DNA of 64,000 nucleotides from Azolla caroliniana (Eukaryota > Plantae > Polypodiophyta), in NCBI GenBank assembly GCA_043228905.1, contig JBHGNT010000006.1, positions 7,998,001 to 8,062,000 of the forward strand, given 5' to 3'. This document shows, one piece after another, positions 48,901-62,239 of the stretch (position 1 is its first letter; each line of letters starts with the position of its first letter). Below the pieces are notes generated by a model. That model saw nothing but the letters and a program-made list of their open reading frames with translations. It had not been told where the DNA came from and did no database searches. Position numbers and translations under genes: made by a program.

Positions 48901-50311
48901 AACAAGATCGACACTCTTCTTCTATAAGCTCCTATAAGATCGTCAGTGGATGCAAGATCATAACTTTGATGGCAGCAAAGATAAAAAATATAACTAATAC
49001 ACAAGAGAGAGAGACTGTTGGGCCCAATGTCAAGAGTATATTTCAACTTAAAGCAACAACCACTAACTAGGTTACAAGTCAGTTTATATACTGACTGACT
49101 TAGGGCAACTACCCTTCTCAATATTTTCATAAATAGCCTAGTGTGTACAAAAGGAAATGGTGTGAATACGTCCATTAGAAGCCCGTATTCAACACTACGG
49201 TCTCCACCCCCACTTCAACATTTCACTTCCCTAGGACTTTGTCAATCCTTCTACAGAGGACCGAGCACGTCTGTTGGAGGATGTACGTTGCAATCTTTCC
49301 TTGGAGCTCACCCTCGCTGGCGAACGCTACAAGGAGCAAGCTGACCGTCTTCACTTAGATGCTCCCCAGTTCGAGGTAGGTGACTTTGTTTGGCTTCTCC
49401 GTCGCAATATTGCCACCACTCGTCCTTGTCCGAAGCTTGATTATAAGAAGTTAGGCCCTTTCCAAATCATCGAGAAAATTGGTCCCATGGTTGTCCGCTT
49501 AGAGCTACCATCCCACTTCCATATTCATAATGTATTCCATGTCTCCCTTCTGGAACCTCACCATATATCTAAAATCCTTGGTCGACACCCTTCTCCTCCA
49601 CCACCAATCCAACTCTCAACCGGAGAAGAATATGAGGTTGACCAAATTCTTGACACTCGTCATTCTCTTCCCTCACTAGCTTCAATACCTTATCCTTTGG
49701 AAAGGGTACCCAATCTCCGAAGCAACATGGGAGCCAACACACCATCTCAAGCATGCCCCAGACATAGTTGGAGCATTTCATGAACGTTATCCACAGAAAC
49801 CGGTTGCAGGTCCTAGGAGCCCACCTTAAAGGGAAGATAATGTCATAGATAGGATGCCACATGGAATGGTGGGGGTTGAATCTATGACCTTCTGGTCTTC
49901 TTGGGAAACCTTACAAATTGAGTTGCATCCATCTATGCATTATTGTATTGTATAAGATTCAACTTATTTCATTATAGATTGATCACTAGAACTTTCAAGA
50001 ACCTTCTAGAGAATGCATCTTCATGCACTCTCTAGAAGTCTTCTAGCTTTCATGCATACCTCCACATTCGTGTATAAATACTGGGGTGCACCTTGATTAC
50101 AATCAAGGTGAACAACACTAGTTACGAAAGCATAATTCAGTTCTTGTTCATTTGCCTATTTTCTCTCTCTCTTTCTTGTTCTCTTGTCTATGCTCTCTCT
50201 CCCGTTATCTCTTAATATTAAGCTTCATCTACTTGTATGTGACAATCTTGTGATCTTGCTTATGCTCTCGCTCTCTCTTAATACTTAGCCTCATTCCACC
50301 CTTTCATGACA
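45941..50311 (+). mobile_element. Element G: degenerate Tcn1-like chromovirus, 5' end missing; 3' LTR 49841-50311
   Basis: YLDDILVFS, ETDTSDFAIG, SDRGPQF, GPF, chromodomain EEYEVDQILD; PPT AAAGGGAAGATAA; TGTCA...TGACA. Confidence 0.9.
48874..49194 (-). mobile_element. Solo LTR inserted in the integrase of G
   Basis: TGTTG...CAACA; TSD CTACA/CTACG; strand inferred from TATAAA on the minus strand. Confidence 0.85.
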
Positions 50312-50859
50312 AAGGGATACTTGCCTTGATTTTAGGAGGAGATATTGATGGGCCTTAACTCCCTCTCATCTCATTTTCATACACACACCACCATGCCTAC
50401 TACTTATTACACCCTTACTTCCATGCACTCATCTTTTCTACGTGTGCATGTGGACCTAAGTGCACATCACATTTACACATCATGAACTTTGTGGTGTACT
50501 TTAGCACCTTACATCTCACATTTCCTTTTACATTTGTTTTTTTATTCTCATTTACAAATACTAAGTGCATGTGCAATGTTGCACATCCCCGTTTTATTCG
50601 TCCCACTCGATTTTCTCACCATAGCCGAAAATCCTCATGACAACGTGGAAGTGATTGTACATACTAGATGGTCATTGCATTGAGGTATGATAATTGTTCA
50701 TTATATTTCATAAGGATCATAACCAATGTTCTTATGAAAGGGTTGTGACATGGCTTTGGTCTGTGTCTACAAAGGATTTCATATGAGAGGTAAAGGGGAT
50801 CTTTTTAACCTGGAGATCTCCTTGTCCAACATTATTTCTCAATCCAACATGGTTATCTC

Positions 50860-52308
50860 CTTGTAGTCAATGAAGTATGACTGATTAGGAGGTTGCCCTT
50901 TGTGATCAGCTACAATGACTCACTAAGTGTCCTCTTGTACTCGGCTTCGGCTAGCATGTCGATGGAGACCAAACTCCACTTGAGCTTGGGTATGTGCCAA
51001 CCATGATGCAGGATTATCTTATTGCCATTTGGAAATCGAATTGGAACTTTGTTGATTCCGTCGATTTTGCATTATTGCCCATTGTCAAGTCAGACAGTGC
51101 CATCGGCTCCGGCCAAATAGTCCGAAAACCATTCGATATTCGGGGTCACGTGAAATGTGGCGCCGGAATCCAACAGCCACGTTCACGCATCTTGTGCGTT
51201 GTAGAGGACTTCACTGGTTGACAAATCTTCCAAGGAGAGGATTTCTCTTGACCGGGATTTGGCAACATTGATTTGGTTGTTGATTCAAGAGTGGTCTGAG
51301 TTGGATTGTCCTGGATTCCGCTGGAATCGCCATCCACTCTCCTTATTTTTGTTGATCAACCAGTAGTCAGCAATGTTGTGGCCGGCCTTTGTACAATGTG
51401 TGTAGTAGGCACTCGGCTTGTCGTTTCGTGACTTCGACCGGTTCTTCCGGCTAGCTCAGTCGAGTAGTGAGCTTCTGCCGAATCATCGATGGTGAGACCC
51501 ATCAATTTTCGCCGAATATCCTCCATGAGAACCTGTTTGATTGTTTCGTCCAAGTTCAAATTTGGGCTACTGTTGGTGAATGTCATGCAGAATACTTCCA
51601 AACTTGCTGACAGGCTTGAAAGGAGGGCAAGGGCTTTAACTTCTTCTTTGAAGTTAATCCCTTAGGAGGAGAGTTCGGATAACACCGGCCGAAGGTGTTG
51701 ATGTGGGAGGTCGCTCGATCTGTCTCTCTCATCTTCATATTGAACAGTTGTCGGATCAATATGAGCTTCGATGAGGAGGACTTCTTTTCGTAGACGGCCT
51801 AGAGCTTCTCCCACAAGGTAAATGTTGATGTCTCTTTGGCCATGTTGAAGTAGACATTCTCGGCTAGATGCATTCGAATGGTCGATCTGGCTATCTCGTC
51901 CAGGGAGCGTCATTCGTCTGTTGTCATCGAGGTTGGCTTGTTGTTGTGTCGTGCTGCCTCAATTTGACATGATGATTAGTACATCGTACATCATCTCCTT
52001 CCATAGGGCAAAGTTCTTGCCGTCGAACTTCCGGATTTCCACTCTCGTGTCGGATGTTGACGCCATGTTCTGTAGGAAATGAGATTTGTTGACATGGTCC
52101 TTTCCTTTAGCCATTTATTCTCTTCTCAAATTTATATTGTTATTAGAGTCGAACTACAAGTAGCTTTGATACTAAATGTCGAGTATTGAAGTTGACGTTG
52201 CGAAATAAGATTGAGGACTTTTCAATGAGTCAAGCAAACAACACAAGTGGTGATCAAGATAGAGATATGCACCGTGACAAGATTCAAGTATATGAAAGTA
52301 GACAGTTG

Positions 52309-52352
<44 letters not shown>

Positions 52353-52485
52353 TGCTCAAAGGAAACTATCTTACATTAACCCTCGAACCCACTTTTACAA
52401 GAACAGTTACCTACTTAAATAGTTAGGTTAATTGTGTTCACACTAGGGATACAAGTTTGGGCAGAGTCAGCCTTTTATGCCAACA
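50860..52485 (-). mobile_element. Degenerate copia 5' fragment (LTR about 52177-52485, PBS, gag, protease)
   Basis: Gag from ATG 52066 reads MASTSDTRVEIRKFDGKNFALWKEMM; degenerate iMet PBS TAGTATCAAAGC; left limit approximate. Confidence 0.75.
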
Positions 52486-55353
52486 ACTTTATTGTTAGAA
52501 TCCCCAACTGCTCATAAACAACTAGAGTTAGTATTTCATCAAATTTAGGATATTTTCAGTTTCCTCCCATGGTAATATCCCTACAATGTTCTCAAAGCAC
52601 ATTGCAAAATTAAGTGCTTGGTCAAAGTAAAAACCAACATATGTGGTACCAATTGGATTTTAATGTGATGAGTGCCATTATTTGCAAGGTTCTTATCATT
52701 GACATGGAATTACTATGGTTAACATTGGTTTCTTGAATTTGATTTGATTTTAGAATAGACCTCCTCGAACCTTAATGTTACAACAACATCATCAATATTC
52801 TATATACTATGACTCTTTGTCATACGCCACCTCAACTAAGATACTGATAAATAACACCCAACAACACACATCACAAAGGAAAACCATTCCCAAAAAGCAA
52901 TCATTCATTTGACATTAAACAACAAATCATTAATGGGCCCAAGTTCACATTTCAATTGTAATGAGACACATGATTCCATGATCACAAGTTACAAAAGAAG
53001 CAATAGAAAATGGTATTATGATTCTTTGCTTTAACATGTTCCAAAGGAGTTGATGGCGTCATGGTGATTATAGTCACTCGTTCCACATGTATAGGTTATA
53101 ATTTTAGACAAAAGCATGTTATTTACATTCAAATTACTATGGGTTTGGATAAACAATTGAATGACTTCACATGTGTTTGAAGGATTTGATTGACTTCTAG
53201 TTGAATAAAAACTATGCAATCATTTTATCGAGTTTCAATACTCTATCAAAAGGAGTGTCCAAATCTCTTATGTAGTGGACCTTGCCATTCCTATTGTTGA
53301 TGCACTGATTTAACTTCTCAATGCCCTCGTTGACACCTCTACTTTTTTGTTATTTGCAAACTTCACAACCCTGTCTTTTTAGAAGAGTATATATTTTGGA
53401 TACAATAAAGAACTCGAAGAATATATGTTTCTATTAATTGCAAATATCACAAACTTGTTTTATGAGACGTATATGTAAGTTCTAGATATTATATATTACC
53501 CAAAAAGATTTGATCATTTTTACCAAGACATTTATCAAACTTTTGCATTGATTAAGTGAAAGTAAAGTTTTATTATGCATTACAGACAACTTGTAGTACT
53601 TATTGAGTACATGTAGATTGAACTTCAATGATAATTGTTGTGGGTGTGCATAGGAGTGATCATTAAATGTAGAAGTTTGCTCTCTAACCATTGGTAAGTG
53701 TGTTTACTTATAAGTTCCAAGTATATTTGGAGTTGGAGGACATGGAAACTAGGCCTTCCACTTGTAGAAGAACATGGATTCAATTAAGTACCTGACATAT
53801 ATAGCACATGTGAAGATATCAACATTGGTGTGGATACTACATTGAGGGGCACGGCCAATGTTGGCCAAAGTCCTAGGAATATTGTTACTATTCTAACTAG
53901 GGAGGAACTTTGTTCGGTTGATTGAGGGGAGAGCCGGAAGTGTTTTGGCCAAATTTTCAAAATTCCAGAATCTAGCCGGTTCATATTTTTTATCCAGCTA
54001 CTTAACATAGGTTTAAAAAAAAGGTACTAACTTCTAGCTCTAAGTTCTTACATGTAGATCGCTTCTCTTCTCCTTAGTTTGAAAGTCAGGGCTTCTCTTC
54101 TTTTTTCCCCACCTCTCTTCTCTGGAGTTTGAATCAACAATCAACGATTGGATGACTGCTTGGGCTTCCATTTCTCTTCCCTTAAGTTCTGTTGTGAGTT
54201 GTGGTGTGTCATCAGTTGCTTCTGCTTTTGTTTTCTATTTAGAATCTAGACTCGATGGCTACATCGAGTTGTTCTATTCCCATTGTTGTTCCTTCTTTGA
54301 TTTATGCAAATGGTAATTGTGCAAGGATTATAGATGCACACATTTGTTTTGTTGTCCTACTTCATGAAATGCATGCATTGTTGGTTATTCAGGTGTAGGT
54401 TCTATCAAACTATATAAGGTGTTCCAAGTTCCAATTTGGAAGGCGTTATTCTCAATGAAATAACATTTATTCTTGATGTGCAGACCCTAAGTGTGTTATA
54501 AGGCATCTTTATTGAATCCATGAACAGAGATAATTGAATCTATATTCGAATGTCAAGTATCCATGTCGATGTTGAGATGTATGATCTTGCAATTGAGTTG
54601 ATTGTCCCAAACACTCCATCCCCTCCCTTTAACACACCCTACGCTAGATTACTTGTGAATAGCCTCAAGTAAGATGAAAACCACACTAAATAACTCAAAA
54701 ATGAAAATATTCAAGCATTCATCCTCAAAATTGCCTAGTTAGTGAACAAACCTTGACCAAGTGAGGCGTGCATTACTTAATCTTGACCCTACGGTAATCA
54801 AGCTCATTCCAAACACAAATGAGTGTGTTCATTGTTGGTGCGAGTATACATTCATGTTTGGGTGTGATAGATTATATTCCACTTTCTCATTCTTTTTGAT
54901 AGATTGGAAGATCCACAGTGGAAACTTGTGTCCTTTCTTGTGTTGAAAACTTCCATACATTGATTGTGTATGTATATTTGTCATCATTGTATTATGTTAT
55001 GCTAGTCCAACATACTCTAGAAAAATATTTTACTGATTGTGAAATTTTCCTTCAAGAGTTTATGTTTAAAGATTTGGTATGCGATGAATCAATTTTTAGA
55101 ATTTCTTTGTTCTGAATGACATGAACACTGATAAGAAAATGGTTGGTTAAAATTTTGAAAATCCAGTTAGGTTAATGAGAAGTAGGAAAATTTCTAGTAG
55201 GGATCAAAAAGCTTGCCCAACATTGGGCAAGCGATGTAAGAGGGGAGAAAATTGTGTATAAAGCTTTCGGTCAAGTGGCCACCCAAATGTAAAAGGGGAC
55301 AAACCCATGTAAAAAAGCTACAAAAGTCACTTTTTGTGTGACTTTTTAGCTTC

Positions 55354-55762
55354 TTCCATAATCTTAGAGATAAGAGCCTCTATAAGCAACTTGAATTAGC
55401 ATTTTCTTTCCCCTCTTACTCTCTTTTCGTGTTAATTAGTGGTTAGTGTAAGAGCTTCTAAACTACGCATTAATCACCTTTATGTTTTTATGTGTTAAGT
55501 GGTAATTACTTAATTGTTGAGGTGTATTTAACTTGATGTTGTATGCATTGTATGCATGTCATAATCTTCCGTAATCTTAGAGCTAGGAGCCCCTAAGCAA
55601 CTTGAGCTAGTGCTTTCTTTGCCCTCATGTTAACTAGTTATTAGTGTAAGAGCCCCAAAATAAGCACTAATCACTCTTTACATTTGTATGTGCTAACTGG
55701 CAATTGCTTAATGGTTGGGGTGTATTTACCTTGATGTTGTGTATTGTATGATTGTCATAATC
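55354..55762. repeat. Diverged tandem duplication, two copies of about 200 bp
   Basis: TAATCTTAGAG...AAGCAACTTGA...TTAGTGTAAGAGC...GTGTATTTA.CTTGATGTTGT...TGTCATAATCT occurs twice. Confidence 0.8.
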
Positions 55763-58700
55763 TAGTTAATACCAACTTTTAAATCTTAGATAACCAACCG
55801 CCTATTATTGTAATCATGGTGAGAGAGGCAAGTGGAAGTTCTTCGAGTGAGGGTGCACAATACTAAAAGCTCGATGATGGTTAACAACGATCCTCACTTG
55901 GTTTGCTACCAAGAAGGTATACTCCAGTCCAAACTCTTCAACCAACTATTTGAACGAAGGGAGAGAACCCTTCATAGAACACATAGATGCCCTCGATGTG
56001 AGGCACCTTGGGGCAACATAAATTAACATTTGTTGAGAAACCCTAAGCTAATATTTCGACGCGTCAATGGAATCCAAACCAAATGAACATTAATGGTAAC
56101 AAGGGTTATACACCCAACAGAATCACATAGGCTAATTAAGATGAGAGCATGTATACACAACACGTAATTGATGTTCACCTACAATGTGAGATGTAGCTAT
56201 CCAATATTGAGATACAAACATAACTAAGCATATTAGTCTATTGTTACTTTATTAACACATAAAACAAGTAAGTGAGAAGACGTGTGTTATAGCAATAGAG
56301 GTCCATTAGAATATCAATATCTACAAGTTTTACGAAAGATCTCTATAATAGATATAAAAAAGGAGAGAAAGGCAAAATACATCTATGGCATGCCCACTAT
56401 AAATCCAACAGGTTTTCCTTGATTAGTTAAAATTTTCATGGTCGAGTCTTGTACTAATTTATCCTTCATTAAAAGCATCTAATTGAAACCCAAGAAGGAT
56501 CAGCTTTCTTATCCCTGACATGAGCTCCCTTTTGTTCATATTCTATATGTAGTTATGCATATATGTATTTTTTACACCTCCTACAATTATGCATATTTAT
56601 GTTTCTATATCCTTGATTACTCAAAATTACATGTACCCTGTAGGAAGGCTAATATGGTGCAACATCTCATGCATTGAATCATGAGGCCCCTCTTTGATTT
56701 TTTAGTGGTCATTCACCAAAACACTCATCGATCCCTTAGGACCTCACTTGATCGAAACTTTAGCCGATTTGTGTGCCTCATGCTTTATGGCTATTCCAAG
56801 GGTTGGCATGATCTCAAATATGCTATTTAAAAATGAGTGTTGCTTTTTTTGTGACTACACCCATATGTTCCCTTATACTTTATTATTTTCATGCAACCAA
56901 GAGCTATGTTATGCACGATAATACTAGGAGGGAGCACGTAAGGAAAGAACAAAGTTCAATATTCTTTAGATGGATTGCTAAATTAGTATGATGTTTATGC
57001 AATTGTCATGTTGGAAGAAGGTGGGGTACCTTTGATGTGACAATGCCAAAAAGGAGAGGTGGTGAGAGGTCTATGGGTCCTATGTACTGGCATGGAAGGA
57101 GGAGGAGGATCGTGGGGGCGCCATCAATTGAAAAGTAGGTGTCCTCGATGGGTCCTCTGCATATGAATTTAAGAAGGTTGAAATTCGGTATCAAAGGTAC
57201 AATAACGACTCGGGACACACCATGGAAATTCATTGGTCTAACCATTGTGTTTTTGTCACAATTGAGGTAAGTGAAGTTATAGAAAACCCCATTATTGTTT
57301 TTACTCGAGTTATTAGGGAGTCTCATTTACTCTCGAGTCCTAGTCCAGGAATCTTGAAACAATGTGAGTAGACCACTAAAAGACAGAAGACAAAGACAAA
57401 GATATAACACGACACCATGATGTTACCATGCACAAGTGACATGACATAAGATGATTTCACATTAACCTATTGTAAGGGCAGACACTTTGACTTGTCTCAC
57501 AACCATGGTCCATAGCCAATGCATCCTCATTTGTGAGCTTGGGAACATGATTCTCAACTTCTCCATAGCCCAATAACAATGTTAGATTCAATAGACATGA
57601 TATTGTATGTGATCATCATGATGTCTCATGTCCTATATCCACTAGCTATTCTCGTACTCGGCCAACTATCGAGGACATTGTTGTACAAGGTAAGTGAGAT
57701 GTACCTATCTTGTATGTCAACAAAAAAAAGTTTACACATGCACTTGTAACTTTCTCATTGAGCTATCAATAGATTTGTGTTGCAAAAAAATGTGCATGTG
57801 ACATGATCAATATTGAGAAAACCTCTGAGAAGTTCATCTTCATGCTCTCCATTGATACGTTGAAGCCTTGATTGTAAGGTGAAAAAAGAGGAAGCCCAAA
57901 TATGTGCATCAAGTTCCCAGTGGGATCTTTATTATATGCGTCTATATATTTTTGTTTTACCACAATGTACCCTTTGATTATGTTAGATTATTTTGTTGCC
58001 TCTTCATGGAACAAATATGTTGCAACATGTGAAGTTCTATATTGCCTTGTGAAATTGGCCTAACAAGACATGTAGTGCTTGCATGCAATATTAAAGTAGC
58101 ATTTACGCATAATCGTTCATTAGATTCACAAGGTTACATTTTTAGGTTTGGAGACTTAGATGCATAAACATGTTTCTTCTTGGGTTCATATTCGGCTGTC
58201 TCTAGAGTATTAAATTTATAACGTTGATATATCATATACAATACAATGCAAAGAGAGAAAATGATAGCAACAAACACAAACAACTTTGTCCTCCTACTAT
58301 TGTCGATCAATCCATGACTACTCGATGATGGATTCTAAGCCTTTTGTTGATGTAGTTGCATACATTGACAACTTTGTCCTAATGCATTGCATCGAGCTCA
58401 GACCTTCTCCCAACGGGCACGCCACATCATGCACTCTATCTATGTGCACAACAGTATGGATTGTATGGTAACATACATCCTCATCGACAGATTTGACCTG
58501 GTATGGCCTCAACTGACCTAAAGAGCTCCTTTGTATACTTTCCCACTTTCCTCACCTCTCACGGGACCAAACGGCAGACACAAAACAACTTCCGTCTTAG
58601 CGCTCATGATCGAGCAAGAAGCCCGATTTAATAGACCGAACCCGGCCCCATCTCGCATACGCATTCTCCCGGACATGCATTTGGGTTTGGCAAACGGATG

Positions 58701-58900
58701 ATATCAATAATTGTGTCCTGGCTGGTGTTCTCGAGCATATATATGATATATCCATGGGAGTCGGGAGTTCACTAGTCAGAGTGAGAATTGAAGGAAGGAG
58801 ATGGATCCACTCCGCTTCTCTCCATCTTCTCTTCTACTCTACTCATCTCTTCTTCTTCTTCTTCTTCTTCTTCTCTCCTTTTGTGTTGTGGTATATGGAT

Positions 58901-59005
58901 GGGTCAGGTCAGGTCAGGTCAAGACAAGTCAAGTGAAGTCAAGTCGGATCAGATCAGGTCAAGACAAGTCAAGACAAGTAAAGTCAAGACAAGTCAGACC
59001 AAGTG
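58901..59005. repeat. Pentamer-based repeat (GTCAG/GTCAA/GACAA) upstream of the TPR gene
   Basis: About 20 consecutive 5-mers, including six RGTCAA. Confidence 0.85.
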
Positions 59006-59375
59006 AGGCCATGGGTTCGAATGAGGGATAGGAGGATATATATATATATATATATCTATATATGTGGTAGGTGTGAATGAATGAATGAATGACTGTAGCC
59101 CTCAGAAGAAGAAGAAGAAGAAGCATAGGGCAAAGGCCAAGATCTTTTTCTGCACAGGGAACCATCGCCATAGCTTCCTCCTCCTCCTCCTCCTCCTCCT
59201 CCTGCTTCTGCTCCACCCCTTAGAAGAAGAAGAAGAAGAAGAAGAAGAAGAAGAAGAAGAAGAAGAAGAAGAAGAAAGCTTTCCTTCAAATCGCCCATAT
59301 CCAACAATCAATCACCCACATCTCTCTTCTGTCTTCTCCTTTTTTGCTTCCTCGTCCCTTTCTTCTCGCTCCACC

Positions 59376-60302
59376 ATGCTTCTTCGCACCTCCTCTGCAC
59401 CTGTTCTCAACTCTCTCTTCTGCCAGCATGATGCAGAAGAACCCTCGCAGAACCATCACCAGCATCATCATAGCTTAATTCACCCCTCTTCCTCTTCCTC
59501 TTCTTCTTCTTCTTCCTCCTCCTCCTCCGCTTCTTCTTCTTCCCTTCACCATCGCAGACCTTCTGCAGATCTCCATATCTTAGCTTCTTATTCTTCTTCA
59601 ACTTCCTCCTCGTGTGATGCTCCTCCTCCGCGCTCTAATGCCACTTCTTCATCATCAGCATCAGCATCAGCATCAGCATCTTCTAACCGTATGATCAGAG
59701 CTCAATCTGAGAGCGATTTAGCTTGTTTCTCTTCAGCAATGGGCGCTCTTGCAGAAGAAACAGACCCTTCTTCGTTCCAAGGCTTCCATGGAAGCAAGCA
59801 ATGGAACAGCAGAAGAAAGCTCTCTTCTCTTCTTCACAGAACCCCGTCGCTAGACCTTTCTTCTGCCGAAGATAGGTCGATCTTCAAAGATGAGGAGAAA
59901 ATAGAAGACAAAGAAGAGATCGAAAGGAAAGAAGAAGGAATACAACATAGGTCTATTGTTTTGAGCGATGGAGAAGTGTATTCGACATTCCATGTGAGCT
60001 CCGGGGGTCATACTGTGGCATGTAATGCGAGAGGATGTAGACCATTGACAGAATCCGAATGCAAGAAACTCGGGTTTTTGAGCTTAGCCAGGGGACTTAA
60101 GGTTTCTGGCTATGGTGGTGGCCTCGATCTCGTCACTCCAGAAGAAGAAGAAGAAGAAGATCTGAAGGAAGATGATGAAGAAGATGATGATGAAAAAGAA
60201 GCTGCTTTCGCCCTTAATACTGAAGCTTATTACCAGGATATGTTGCAGAAAGATCCCATGAATCCTCTTTTGCTTAGAAACTGTGCGCAGTTCCTATCAG
60301 AG
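59376..60302 (+). CDS. TPR-like superfamily protein, exon 1
   Basis: N-terminus MLLRTSSAPVLNSL and motifs RAQSESDL, LARGL, YYQDMLQKDPMNPLLLRNCAQFL are typical of a plant TPR family; donor AG|GTAAGT, phase 0. Confidence 0.88.
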
Positions 60303-60956
60303 GTAAGTCTTATCTTTTCTTTCATTTGCATTTTAATTATATGGTTAGTATATATGTTTTTCATGGTGTTCCCTTCCATCTATTCTGAGGAGTGCTAGTC
60401 AGACCTCCCCTTTATATTCAGCTTCTATGGCTTTGAATCCATGGCTGACTGGAAAAATAATGACAATAGAAAATATATTTCCCTCCCATTATTCTCTCCC
60501 ATTATGGTCAGTACTTCAGCTTGTTTTGATTCGAAGCTATAGATGAAAAAAAAAGAGGGAATCTGTAGATAATAATAAAAAATCGCCCTTGTACAGCTTT
60601 GTTCATTCTTTTCTTCTCATTCTATTTAGTTTCATGGTAAATTGAACTTTGCATTTTCGTCCCTTATCAAACAAATTTTTCTCTCTTTAATCATTCTAGA
60701 GCTTTGTAGGTATTGTATTTTTCCTAATTTGTTCTTTATTCACATTCTGTATTTTCTTTTTCCTTTTTACACTTTCAAGCTTATCATGTTTCACTTTGTC
60801 TTCACAACATGATTAGAAGAATTCTTTTAGATGTTTTTATCTTACTTACAGATAGCTTTGCTGTAATTTTCTTTACTCTTTTGAGCATAATACTCTTAGA
60901 AGGGTTTTTTTCTCTTTGATTGTTTTTCCTTAACCTTGTTTGATTTTTTGATGTAG

Positions 60957-61126
60957 AAAGGAGATCTTAAGAGATCTGAGGAATACTATGAGAGGGCCAT
61001 TTTAGCTGACCCTCACGATGGAGAGGTTCTCTCTCAGTATGCCAAACTTCAATGGGATGTTCATAAAGATCAAGACAGGGCTGAAATGTATTATGATCAG
61101 GCAGTTCAAGCTGCGCCTGATGATTG
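60957..61126 (+). CDS. TPR-like protein, exon 2
   Basis: TAG acceptor after a T-rich tract; KGDLKRSEEYYERAILADPHDGEVLSQYAKLQWDVHKDQDRAEMYYDQAVQAAPDD; donor TG|GTTAGT, phase 2. Confidence 0.92.
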
Positions 61127-62112
61127 GTTAGTTAATACATGTTTCTATCTCTTTCATTCTTTTTAATGGATTCATAAGTCTAAACCAACTCTTTAATTTG
61201 TCAATGTATTCGTAATCCTTACAAAGTTTTAGTAATTTTGGCCTATTGGTTTATGATATATTGCTCTCTTGGGTTATTAATCAGTATTAGAAATCTATGG
61301 TTGATATGGCTGCAATATATACATGTGATCTATGGTTTATATGGTTTATTAACCCGAATCAGCTTTTACTGATGTATGGCTTATTGACACATGCACACAC
61401 ATGCATGAGTCTAATGAGTTTATGGCTTGTCGGCATATGTATATATTTCAAGTGTTTAGGGTGTATATATTTAAATAAAACATAAATAAGTCTTATATCT
61501 CTCTGCCTTTTGGGTCTTCCTGTGTAAGCAGTATTTAGATTTCATGCCTTTTTGGATCATTTTTAATATGCATAACCGTGGTAGAATTTTTGCATCTGTA
61601 GCTTATTGAGTCATTGTTTGTGCGGCTCTCTCGGCTTGCACAATGACTCTTGATACCTCATGTTCTACGTGCATGTGATGGGTAATGGTATGCATGTTTT
61701 CTGTAGATTCATATTAAGTTCATGATAAATGAACATTAATTGAAGGTTCTCGACTTTAAGAATGTCTAATACATGATGTGCACGTTTAATATTGCTATTG
61801 AATGTGCTTATGCGTTTTAGATGCATTTGCTTTATTTAGTATTGTAGCTTAAGGTTCTCAGTCTTAGTAATATTTTTGCATTATTTTGCATAATGTCTTG
61901 TATCGTAGTTTATGGGTAAAGTAACCTTTGTGTTGAAGACGTACGCTCTTTGTTTATTTTGATTTCTTAATCCAATGATTTCATAGTTATTAAGTTGTGG
62001 TTTTTTGGATTTTAGTCGATGAATTAGTAAGTTTATTGTTGAAGATTATGTATAAAGCCTGTAAATAATTTGAGGTTTTAATCAAATGTTTTTTTTAATG
62101 TGTGTTGTGCAG

Positions 62113-62239
62113 CTATGTCATGGCTTCCTATGCTTCATTTTTATGGGATGTTGATGATAATGAAGATGATCTTTCAGCCTCTATGCCGACAAATGTCGGG
62201 CCTTCAACATTACCATCAACCTTGTTTGCATCCGCATAG
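62113..62239 (+). CDS. TPR-like protein, exon 3
   Basis: TGCAG acceptor; (C)YVMASYASFLWDVDDNEDD...FASA then TAG; phase matches exon 2. Confidence 0.9.

Noticed and set aside
45506-50311. One intact element bounded by LTRs at 45506 and 49841
   Set aside because: The two LTRs are not similar, there is no PBS, and the first abuts mid-gag sequence.
52500-58600. Decayed DNA transposon (hAT-like) or other genes in the AT-rich region
   Set aside because: Only short ORFs with no recognisable motifs, and no TIR or TSD that I could verify by eye.
59085-59375. 97-aa N-terminal extension (poly-K, poly-L, poly-E) of the TPR protein
   Set aside because: It consists of (GAA)n and (CCT)n microsatellites; the family-typical start MLLRTSS at 59376 has good context (CCACCATG). 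Use of the upstream ATG cannot be fully excluded without transcript data.
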